Below, in pieces: positions 34,266 through 46,900 of a DNA stretch of 64,000 bases. The translations under genes were made by a program, and so were the position numbers. The notes beneath the pieces were generated by a model, which saw nothing but the letters and a program-made list of their open reading frames with translations, did not search any database and was not told the DNA's origin. This stretch comes from Phoronis australis (Eukaryota > Animalia > Phoronida), in the NCBI GenBank assembly GCA_002633005.1, contig NMRA01000323.1:392817-456816 (forward strand). Direction: 5' to 3'. Positions within the stretch are counted from its first letter, which is position 1, and each line of letters starts with the position of its first letter.

Positions 34266-37200
34266 ACCTGTCACTGCTTTCCATGCCCGAAACTACACTT
34301 TTTATTTCGAAACATTCGAGAGACCAATTTCGTAACATAGGTACATGTGAAGATTAGACCTACTCAGTTTCTGCGAGAACATTTCCCTTTTCCATACGAA
34401 AGGGCAATCGGGAGCGATCCCTGGCTCCAGCAAGTATATTTATTTTCCACTGTCAGCTACACCCGTCAAACATGTAGTTCAGGTTATGTACACTGTACGA
34501 CTTATTCAAATATGTACAAAACTATAAATTTTAAGTAAAAGTATATATTTTCTGAAGTAGAAAGCTTGCAGAATTTGATTTTTAACTTTATACCGATCTG
34601 ATACTAATTGGGTCACATGACCATGGTTTTTTCATTAGCATAAAAGAAAGGTATATTATACAGACCATATACCTTAGAGGTCACCCACGGCGACTAAGTT
34701 TCAAGTCATGAATTCAATGATTTTTGTTCGAATTCTTTTCCCCACGAAAATTAAATATTCTTGAAGGTGTGACTCCGCCTCACTCGCGGCATGGTCCCCT
34801 CAGATTTATTAACTGAAGTTTTGTACATTTTCCTTAACTCTTTTCTTGGAAACTACATAGTTTTAAGTNCTGGGCCCCCTTAACTCAATATCCTGGATCC
34901 GCCCCTTGTACATGTTTATATTCAAGGACTGACTCCACTGATTTGATTATCTTGTTGGTTCATGTTATTATCATGTTAACTATTCTTCAAAAAACCTGGA
35001 GCCTTAGATTTGAAAGCTGGTGCTATGTGCCTGTATATATAGCGAAGTAACAGCACCAATAACAAGACCAAATTTCGTTCTTCATAAACGACCAAGAAAT
35101 CTCAAAAACATAGTCAGTTTTCTAAATCATTACTTCGTTGTCACTTGTAAGTTGATTTTTTTTCTAAAAAATCATGAAGTTCCATTTTTTTAGAAAATAA
35201 TAAAAACGGATTCCAATCAGCATTTTGACGAACTGTGCATAAAGCACAGACACTTCCACATGAATCCGATTAGCCATTTCTGAAAGATCTTCCGAAGTCA
35301 GCCTTATTTGGCATTTTTGAGGGTTCAAACCAACTTACCCTCGTGATCTGGTCCACGCGACCGAAATTTGGTGATAGTATGTGTGGAGTCAACGAATACG
35401 AGTCTAACTTGTACTACGAGTTTGGTGTCGACAGGTTCAGGATTGTGGTCTTGAGGATCACAACTGTCAATTTTCCGGCGAGGCGGACAGTGGATTATTA
35501 AAGGAAAATGCCGCCCAAAAATAACACTTAGTTTGTATCAATTTTGATCGAGTAGTTCACGGGTTAACACGACACCTCTCGGCGGAGTAAGACCGACCGT
35601 ATACGAGGTTTATGGATATAGACTAAAACGGTAAAAAGACTAAATCGGATGGCATTCTCCTTTTATGAGCAACACGAGATTCTGGCAGAAGATTCGTATT
35701 AATTTCAGTCCAATTTACTGGGAAGACCTAGTGCTCTAGACCGGAAGTGATCCAGAGAAGGCCACGGAATTGTTTTCACTTCCACAACATTGCTGAATTA
35801 GAATGGAAAAAAGACATCCGGTTTTAATTGAATGTATTTCACATAAGCACCCAAAACAATATCAACAAAGTAGACAAGACAAGACAATGTAATTATATGT
35901 AAAAATTAATGAGCCAGGGAAGAGTCAATTGGTTTTACATAAATAAATTTAATCGACATTAAAATTCCATTCACGAGGGAAAAAGTGAAACTGCAAACAG
36001 AGACGTCTGTGTACAATTACTGTAAAATTGTCTATCCATACACAAAGCAGAGTGCAAGATTTCAGCTGCTGGAACAGACTAAAACGAGACTCCTACATCG
36101 AACGGCACAGTATGAAAAACACTTTTGCATAATATCAAAATCCGTTCTATACGACATGAATATTTACACAAAACATACATCGTCTCTCAAACCATTAAAA
36201 CTCTATGTGAACTGCCAAGAGGCAGCAGTGCTCTTTTGCTTCGATTCAGCAAAGCACAGAGCGAGCTCACTGATGTAGCCATAATGTCATCCACAATACG
36301 AGCTACCTTGCTTAACTAATATCTTGCAAGCCCATGCCGAATGGCATCTTACATGAGCGAAGACTTTCGCAGTAATGGCCATTTTGGCGAGTTGAATGCC
36401 ACAGTACAGGATAAGAAAAAAATGGTCGTCTAATCTACATCATCAAAATTCAGCATAAAACCTTTGCAAAAAATAAGCAAGGCCTGGGTCTGATTTGCAA
36501 TAAAACAAGTTGTGACTATGAAGTTAGATTATTTTTAAATTACTGAAAACATTTTACACAGTCCACCAAGCATAACCCATTTTGTTTCAATTATTGAAAA
36601 GAATAAATTACCAACTGCTGGCTGCATTTTACTTTGGACACTTTTACATTTCTAAAACAATGGCGTGTAGGTAAAAGACCAGAATGCCTGCCTTGCCAAG
36701 ACAATGAACATCAGGTGGATGTGATGGACCAAAAACTCATTCCATGAACATCCCCCTTCACTGCTACAGGGGATGTGCTATGGTTTTCCTCTGAAAACAT
36801 TTTGTCCAGAAATATGTACCAAGAAGCAACATACTTAATCAGTGGAATCTTATTTTTATGGACGGCGCTTCCAACACTTCGAACAAGCAGAAGCATGTGA
36901 CCAGATGTATCCTCTAAATACCAGCTGGACATGATGAAGACTTGTGCCAAGACTATTTTACGCATGTGATTGGTTAAATATAGTCTGCTTTTCAGCAGCA
37001 ATTTACCCTAAAGATGAGGACTTAACTGTAAACTTACATGTAAGCGAATCTGAAGAGTTTGGCATCAACCCCTCTTGTAGGCAGAATTTAGTGAATACAA
37101 GACAGCGTTGTCAGCTGAAAACTTCCATACATGCTAAGTCACGTAATCTAGTAAAGCATCCACAAGAAATTGTAGTCGCTGCCCAGATGTAATGTCGTTT

Positions 37201-37896
37201 GAATTCACGTCCAAATAACCCATACACGATGTTACGTCGGCCGCACAGTGTGTTCCCCTTGTAGACCTTTGTTCAAGCATTTGCAGAGTGGTTCTATCCA
37301 AGAACATTTTCTACACTGGCACGACTCCGAAGATACTAGGCACCGGTTCGCCAAAAAACAAAAATAATTCAACACACAAATACGTTAAAATATCCCTGTG
37401 TTGAACGAGCAGTTTACAGGTGTGCGCCCCATGCTGGCTCTGTTCCCTTAGTGCCTCCAGTTGCACCTGTATTTCATGTTCTCCTGTTGCCTTGCACCCG
37501 AGTGTGTTGTGACCTTTTGTGACCTGCTGCTTTTAGTCGAACATCATTTTGCTTCTGCCCGAAGGTGAGACATGATCGGTCTCGAAATTTCGCCGTCATT
37601 TTAAATTTTTGTTGTTACGTTCCTTGTTGACCTGCTGTATAGTAGTTCTCTGGAGGGTCCACAAATATACCAATACCTTGAAAGAGTACGTATGAAAGCT
37701 GCCAACTGACAACACTGCTGTGTACTTAATGAACTCTGATATAAGTGAAGGGGCATGTGACCCAGACGACAGAATGGCCGTGACTTATGAAGACTGACGT
37801 GTTAAGCGAGGAAACAAGTGTTGCTTTTAACCACCTGGTCAAGTCATGCACAAACATAAGATTAAGCATCTAAACCAACACGATGCCAGCCGTCTA

Positions 37897-37979
37897 TCAT
37901 TGACCCCCAAAATTGAACGTCTGAGGCACGTCTGTTGAAGGAAAGACATAGCCACCTCCCTTCTCTATTCTTTTAGAAT
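37897..37979 (-). CDS. IPO7: IPO7 terminal coding exon ([18 protein letters not shown])
   Basis: tttccag|; TGA at 37897-37899. Confidence 0.92.
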
Positions 37980-40900
37980 CTGGAAAACGAGATAATAAGA
38001 GATGTCTTAAAAATTTAAGCAGTGAACACAAACCCTTTAACAAAGACATTTTTCACGTTTGAGGCATCCCAACAATTTCACAAAACAAATGTGACAGAAA
38101 AGTATAGACTGAGTTAAACAAGCTGCTTAGATGTGTTATTCTTTTAACACTATCACAATCTTTAATTTACCATACTATTCTACAGCCCATTATTGACCAA
38201 TAAACCACCTAAAAATGAAAGTTTAGGTTAAATGGAACCCAGGCTGTGAACAGTTAACTTGAACTGCATAAGCCCTTAATGAACAACCTTCGATTTTAGC
38301 AGCATCTCTTAAGATATGGAAGACCTAGCGGTCTGCTTCGAAGATATGGAGGACCAAGCAGGCATTACATTACCTTCAGCAGCTTTGCGTTGATCAGCCA
38401 AAACCGACACATTCTGTAACTTGTCCTGTTGTTCTTTCGACAGTGTCGAGGTCAGGCTGGCGTACCACGAAGGGTCGCGCACTTGCACAGCTGTAAGAGA
38501 AGGTTAAGATCTGAGAAGCCTTTTTCAAGGATTTTACCCAAGCTTTGGAAGAACAGTTTCCGCAAAACATACAAAGATGTTTGTGTATTACATGAAACAG
38601 CAAATACCTCACTTACTGCTTTTACATGAAAGCTAAAGTTATGTGTTACTGCAATGGGGTCATCCTCATCTGAACTCTCCTCTAGTGGAGGCAGAAATGT
38701 TCATTGCAGGACTGGCCTACTTTTCAAAATGTCAGGCACTCCTAGGCACATATACAAGGGAAGCTCATCCAGCAACGAAACTCGACTTTTTGTCAATTCC
38801 TTGGCAAGCGCATTACATTTGACAAATCTGCTGCATTGTGGGAGTGTTGCTGTGTTATTTCAGGACAGGCCTATCAAGCTAAGTGCACTGGACTTTAAAA
38901 TATTCAGCAGAGAAAACTGGTTCTCATAAAGCCAGCACGTTATATCTGACCATCACCGTCAGGTAGAGCGCACTGCAAAGTGACGCCTGTCCCCGAAACC
39001 TATTCTCACCAACGTGCAGCGCAGTGGCAGAAGTGGAGAGCCTGGATTGCAAATCACAAATATCCTGAACAAATGAAAATAAAAAATTCTTAATATCAAA
39101 TGCTGGGAATATAACTCTTTTCGAAAAAACGGACACCCTTAATGTCATTTTAAATTATACAACTAATGCCTTTCCCAGTTTCAGTATCCCACCGTAAACA
39201 GACCATCCTCATTGTTTTTTAGTGTAAACGTAAAATCCAAGTGATGGCTAAATATCAAGAAAGGAGCTTACTTTGTAAAGCACTTTTAAATATTTGATAT
39301 TCATCTATTCCACTGTCTTCATCATCGAGAGGTGTCAGGTAGCCTTCCAATGCAGTCTCTTCTGCTTCATCATCATCGTCGTCTACATCATCATAATCAT
39401 CGTCATCACCGTCACCCTGTGAATAGAGAGCAAAAATATGAATGAATAATCTTTCTAACTCATTGTTAACTGAGCAGTCAAAAATTTTATGCTATTAACA
39501 CTGTGCCAGTCAGAAAAGTCGCAGGGTTTCTAGGACAGTGCTTTGAGGAGAGATTTTGGGTCGACTGTTCAGTATTACTGATCAGGCCAAAATAGCAGAG
39601 TTGGCTTTGGTCGGTTTCTTTTTTCTGAAAATCAACTCAGCAGTGTGGTATTTTTGTTAGTTGCTCACTTTTTAAAAATAGAAAATCCACCCTCGACGAG
39701 CAAAAATTACGCATTACTTGCAAATCATCGCGTTTCAAACCTTGCTTACGCACCCTTGAGCAGCTTTACAGAAAAACCTTGACTAAAACTGATGCAGGTC
39801 AGCATTTCTTTTTCTTTTTAGTACGGGAGCTCAGGTCTCAAATAGAGTGGCGGTAAAGAAGAGAACCAACTTTGCTTTTTTGACCTAATCAAAGTTTTCA
39901 GACCACCCACCTCTTCTGAAAGTGGCAAGAAAATGTAGAATCCGTAGAGTTACTAAATACTTCTAAAGGTGCATTTCAGAAAAAAAACTGGAAGCCCTAT
40001 CTTAAAAATTTGATAAGCTTAGAAGCAAAACAAATTAAGACAAATGTTCTAACAGGGCAAACACTTACTTTATCCAAATTATATTACAACCTTGATGAAT
40101 TTAATGGGATCTCATCAATTTCTGGCGATCTGCCAGTATTACATAGTGGGAGACACCCACAAGAAATGTCTCCAGGTTCTCACTAAGCACAAACTATTTT
40201 AAAAAGACGTGCCATTCTCTATAAGAATTGCAGACAAATGTTAAACACGTTTTTTTTTATTAAACATCAAGCTCCATCATGCCCTTACAGCCTTGACTGC
40301 CATGTTGTCAAGATAGCAGCAAGTTATTCACAGGTTGAGGGTTAAACAGAATAGCAGTGGTCCAAGGCTCAGGCTTTGTGTAGGGACATAACACAACTTG
40401 AATACTTGTACGATACAACACTATACAGGGGAAACATCAAACAAGACAGTACAGACTAACTTAAGCGTGATTTCAAATAACACCAGTTAACACACTGAAC
40501 CTGCTACTTAACAAGTCTAAATATCAACTTATATGACAACAGGATATGAAATACTCGTCACTGTAAAACACACAAGACATATCCTGCCTTATTCTCACAA
40601 GGCAAAATTCAATATCAATCGGAACATTACACACCATTCAACCACAGTTGCCGACTCACCCCCACCTTTTCTAATTTTTCCAAGTATTCCTGCGCCTCAT
40701 CGTCAATGTCATCTTCGTCATCTTCCAGCACATCCGGGTCATACTCCTCACCATCTTCCTCCTCGTCCGAGTCACCATCCTCGTTAGCGCGGCCTGGTGG
40801 ACATTGAACAAATTGAACTGGGCAGGGGCGCATACGTTCATTAATAGTATCAAATGGCAACAGGTCTTAGCAAATAATCAAGATGTTGAAATTCACCATT

Positions 40901-43900
40901 TGCTGTGGATCACATCATCACCAGGAATCTCATAACATTGTCCATCTAATGCTCTTGTAACAAGTACCCCCTTATACAACTACAGTACAAGCCAAACGCA
41001 TTTATTTGAAAATAGACAAAATGATCCGAAAATACCCGTCATGACGGCTGGGTTAAAGCCCCAATTCACCATCAGATAAGTCTTCCCTCCTGACTGAGAA
41101 TGAAGGGAAATTAACGAGAAAGTCATTCTGTAATTAAAATTTTGCTCCCAACTATTTTTGACATTAACAGAATTAGCCGCCATGACAAGAAAACAGTTAT
41201 TTTGCTTGATTACTTTTGTCTTGTGCCATATATTACGAGAGGATCAGGTGGATAATGTCACTTCGCTTCCTGACAATGACAGCTTTGATTTCTTCAAATT
41301 TCACTTTTTATCTGAGTACTGATCACTTGGTGCTTGTAGACATATCATACTCAATATCATTTTTTCAACACGGCGTCAAGCCTAACTTCAATGGAATTTT
41401 GTTAATTTAGATGTATTGGGCTAACCAGATTTTCCTAACAAAGCTTTAGCAAAATAAGAAAACGCGAGTTTAACCACTCATATCTAGGCCCGTCAAGTAA
41501 CTGGTGAAGTTGCTTTTACGTGCCATATTGCGTCACTGCGAGATCCCGCCACAAACAACAAAAGGCCAATGACAGTTATATTATTTTGAATACGGGTATG
41601 AATAGTGCACCACTGCGTGCGGGTGTTATTCGCAGCCGTTTGAATTCAAAGGTGATTCTCGTGATGACATAGACAAAGGCAAGCCAATAACACTAACAGT
41701 TTACTACATTTGTTAGTTTATGATACTCGTTGGCTCACAGCGATGCTCTTAACATACTGTAGGAACCAAATTGACAAGAGTTACCATTCAAGGTAACATT
41801 TAAAGTCAGAATAATTAAATCTAAAGACTACCAGACCAGCACTTAAAAGCAATAACAACAAGTCACACATTCAAGACCAAACCACTCCTTTGCTAACATC
41901 GCACAACACTACCAGTTGAAGCATACAACAGTCTGCTCTGACAGCAAGTTTTTGTGATAAAATCTGCACCTAAATGTTAGTGAAAGAAATTGACTGCGCT
42001 CACTTTCATAGGCACGCTTCAAGCCGTCGAAGATCACAATGGCTGCCGGTAAGATCTGTGGCCCGATTTCCTGTATTGCTGCCGGCCTATTGGGTGGCGA
42101 GTCGATTAGCCTGCACAAACCCAGCATACAAACTCGCCTGTCGTGTAAGCTGGAACACAAGAACATGAGTCATTTTCATGAAAAGTCACTTTCTTAATTT
42201 TTCCATTTTTTTCATGAAAGACAATAGCACCAAATAAATGCTGCATTATAGTTAACGACCTATACACCAAAGCTACAGTCGGACAATAAATCTGAGAAAT
42301 TGAGGAAATTCAAGGCTATACTAGAAGCCTTGGCAATTAGTTTTGTTTGAACCTAGTGAGATTCTACTATGCAAACAACAAGACAAGCGTGAATGGAGAG
42401 GTACCCTAAGAAAGCGTCACAGTCGTGGATCCACTGCTTGACGAATTGCGCTGTCACGGAGATGGAGGTGTTGGGCAGGCGAATGGTCTCCAGCAACTCC
42501 AGCAGCATGGCCGGATTGTAGTACAGCGAGGCTATGATCACCTGCAGACACATGGTGCGTAGCTCTGATGTTTTGATCTCCCGAGTCAGTCGCTCCAGCG
42601 CCAACTCCACAAACCTGGGTATAACCTGGTGACAGATAGAAATAGAGACCCATTACCACACTTAATTTATCAAGCTTGAACAGAAAACCAGCCTTACTCA
42701 AACGGCCATGGAGTGGACATCCAGCATTGTTTTTTGTTTTTCTTGGCCGTCACTTTTTTCAAGCACAAATCCGGGAATACGGGTGTCAAATATGAAGTCA
42801 CTCATTTTTTTTTCAAGTGGACATTTTCACTTGTGTTGAGCAACAATATGTTATTATTTCAGCACAACTGAGTGGACCGTACCAAAGAAGTTGTCATACG
42901 TGACCATGTCACAGGTTTATTTTGATCACCGGTAAGAAAACCGAGTCTTGCTCCGTACCGGGGATTTCAAAAAGAGCCCCCAAATACATAAAAAACTCCA
43001 GAGAGGCTCTTCTGGAAAACCCACTTTGTCTCTAAAGCTATAAATAGTAAATAGAAGGATGTTATACAACGATCGTTTGAAGCACATGTTCCTGCCATTG
43101 AGGGCAATGTGGTTGATAGCAATATTACGACTTCAGAAAAAACTTGCTACCAGAGGTATAATCGCCCAGCAGGAGACAGCCGAAGAAGTTTCATCTGACG
43201 ATGAATTCTTTGGGTAATTTTTGCGTAAATAGTAACACGACGTCTAAGTGTACTTAAGCGCAAGCTTGCATGCATTTTACAATAGATACCCATTGGGATA
43301 TGCCACTTAAGTTACTATCAGCAATGTGTATACCTAACTGAATTGATCTGCAATACAGTTTAGCAGTTACCTTCAAACATGGCTGGTCAAACAATGGTCT
43401 CCAATTTATTGCTCTCTAAATCAATACAGAAGCACTGAATAGATGTGAAATGGATGACACGTGCTCATATACATGACAATTACTGCTGCTTCCTTTGCAT
43501 CTATAATTGCTACCAAGGTAACCCAGCTTGCAGAGGTCAAAGTTCAATGCTTAGCTTCACAAATATCGAAGAGTATGGAGACATAGCCAGTCGGCAGCGT
43601 GTGTGTGAAGTGGCCAAAAAGGACATTGGTAGTGACACAAGACCAGAGCAGTCAGAATAACAATTAACTTGGGAAAACATATTATACTTTCATGCCATTA
43701 AACACACAGTCAACCTTTGTACTGAGGTTACATAGGGCCTTTATCAACAGGCTATTGCAATCGCCCAAATATCTTACGAAACTACAAAACTTAATTCAGT
43801 AGAGTTATTCATTTGCCGAAAGAAGAGAGCCTATATAACTCGATTTTTGACTTTATTACTAATCTGTCATTGACTGGGTCATGCAACCATGTCTTTTTGT

Positions 43901-46900
43901 AAAATTCAGCGAGCAGAAGAAATGCACATTCATAGCAAAAAAAAATGTCGACCAAATTTCATTTGACAAAAAGTTCAAGATGAAATCGCAAAAAAATTGT
44001 TTTATGCAAATTTTCATTTTTTTTCATACAAATCACAATTAGATCAGTCATTCTTTAGGATCTAACATAACCTTAATTTCAGTCTGACTAATAGGTAACA
44101 ACAATTCTACCATTTACATAGGTGCCAAATATAAATTAAACATTCAATTTCATTCAATTTCTTTTTCCAACCATGTCAAAAATAGTAGCACCAGATGGCA
44201 ATCTGATCGCCTTCTCCCTTAAGATCATTACAAATGACACGTAGGGGTAAAATCCACTGAAGGCTGAGAATAGACTTCACCAGGTGTCCAGAATACTTCG
44301 ACCTGCAGTCGAAGCCTTCATCTCGTACTTTTATGCCTCTTACTTTCAACAGAAGGTCCCTGTGTCGGGTTGAATGAAAAAGCCCCAATTATGGACTCAA
44401 CTACGTTCCCTAAATCTTTTGCCTTTATTTACACACCCATGTAATTTTTTTCCATCATTTCATCTTTATGACGATCTCCTCTTTGACTTTAAGACATTTT
44501 CTAATAATATAACTAAAAAGTTAGCCCAGAATCCAATGAAAATAAACAGGGACTCAGTCCTTAAGGAGCGTTGCATGAAAAGCTCCCTAATTTAATACAT
44601 TTTCGATAATATTGAGAATTCAACTCGGGTTCACTCTTGATTTGTATCAAAGCCAAAACTTGACTTAGTAATGAATCTAAAACAGCATAAGAAAGGACAA
44701 TCATTGTTTTCACAAGTCCACAAATACACAGTAGACTTAGAGAACTTAGTTGAGACCCTATCTGGGACTGTTTCTTGCAACCGGCACCTGATCCCCCCAC
44801 CCCCCGTGTGATGCCAGCAAAACATACCTGATCTATTTGCCCCATGTACTGCAGTATGATCACTTCAAGAAGCTTGACCGCATGATTCTCTGCATCCTCA
44901 CCGGCATCCTTTGTTAAAACCTGCACAAGGAGGTGAGAGATGATTGGCATTAGCAGGATACCTAAACAACACAGCATGAGCACTCATGAAAAAGGCTCGT
45001 GGACCTGTAAATTCCGCCAACTTGACTCACAAACGAGGGATTACACAGCTCACTGACTCGCATAACTAAAGTTTATGTACGTGACTCAGCGAAGAGCCTC
45101 TAAGCTGTGTGGCGGAGCCGCATTTGTGGTCCAGGAGTCACGCTTTCTGGATGCATGAGACTTGCTTGCGAGTTACTGAACTGAGTTTACAGGTCTGTGA
45201 GTTGTGTTCATCAGTATATGAGTCATGTTGTTCCGGTAGTCCGATTTGGGAGCTCACGGTGGGGTCCGCAGAAAAGATTGTATGAGAGCAGTTCTTTTGA
45301 TTAACATTAAGTAGACAAACTTCTCACAGACACACCAATCTGAATTTTACAGTCTTTCGGCAAGACCACAAGTAAATAAGACCATTAGAGGAGACCAGCT
45401 ATTAACCTCCTAGTTAAGCCAGGCAAGTAAGTCCTCAAATTTCATTTATTTATATGATACAATAACGTTTTCCAGTCCTAACAAACTGTATGTCTGAAGC
45501 GAATCCAGGAATTTCACAATGGAATGAGACCGGTCTGCTAGACTGAATAATTACCTGTTCCTAGTAGTACCTCGGAGACCTTATAACTAAAACCTCAAAC
45601 GTTATTGTCATGCCAACCCACTCCGTGATGACAATGGACAGTCAATCTACTTACGTCCTTGCACATATTGTAAATGACCAGCAGATACTTGGGGTCCGAC
45701 AAAAATGTTTGAGGGTCAACTGTGACATAGTTGTGTAAAGCTGGCATCATGTCTGAAAGGTAACCACGGAAACCACGTTATAAGGAGGACAACCCTTGCT
45801 CAGATCAAAAAATTGTAAAAGGAGACATAGGTGTACCCAAGAGGGCAGGGGGTATTGATTTTTAAAATTGACTAACATTTACTGTGTAATACAATACACA
45901 TTTTCTACCTCTATGTTTGATAGACGTGGAATGGCACATAAAGTAAAGGTTGTACTTTATCTGTGTACTTAACCAAATATCTTGCAAACCGTAGACTTTC
46001 ACTCAACAAAAGCATATATTTTCGGACAACAGAATGCCCGTAGGATTTGATTTTTAACTTTTTGCCAATCTGCCACTAATTGGATCACATGACCATGCTT
46101 CTAATGTAGCAAAAAGAATCTTAAGATACACGACATAACAAAATGCTGGTATTTAATCAATAACGAGAACAAATATTGTTCGACATAGATGTTCACGATG
46201 AAATCTTAAAAACACTGCAACGGTTTTCTAAACTGTCATTTCGTTTTCATTTTACGCAAATCATAAAATACTACATCAAATAGCCCAATGTGCAAAAATG
46301 GAACATATTAAAAACAACATTACCAACAGCTTTTTGGAGAAAAATGCCTCAAGCATAACATCTGAAAGTCTCGTATGAACTCCATCAGCCATTTCTGAGA
46401 TACGACGTTCCAAAGACATTGTTCTAGGGTCCTACATAATCTTCAAAATGCAAGGATAACGACATTTTTCAAAACCTGTGCGAGCTAAGGAATGCTAGTT
46501 GCCCTTTAAAGGCCACCTATTGTCTGTTGGCTACTGATGTGCTAATATAAAATATGAAAGCAACATAATGTGCTACCTCACCAGGGGACATTATTCAGCT
46601 TGTACAGCTTGACCAATGAAGCCATGCTCACCTGTGAAATAGTCAAAGCCGTCGCTCTGAAACATGGTGTAGATCATGTCGAACACTTGCCAGAGATGTG
46701 GAGAGATCTGCTGTGTTGTTAAAATGTATACAAGAGACAAAATTTCTTCGTAAAATTCTGAAAAGTGAGTAAAAATCGGAGTGTACATGACCTGCAGTAA
46801 CGTGATGCGAGATGTTAACATTGAAAACATATAATATAAGCCTCCCAATTATTAACTTTTTATCGGATAAGCACGACATGAATATGTGCAAGAAAGTCCT

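Noticed and set aside
34770-34800. gcc-tcactcgc-ggc and ggcatggtccc reminiscent of an HDV-like ribozyme
   Set aside because: Elements are in the wrong order and P1.1, P2 and J4/2 cannot be built.
40862-40925. Box C-like GTGATGA in an IPO7 intron (minus strand)
   Set aside because: No CTGA box D with a terminal stem at a suitable distance.
27243-46300. Related ~100-300-bp segments at ~27270, ~34550, ~43815 and ~46020
   Set aside because: Old dispersed repeat; boundaries and class cannot be defined by eye, so not annotated.
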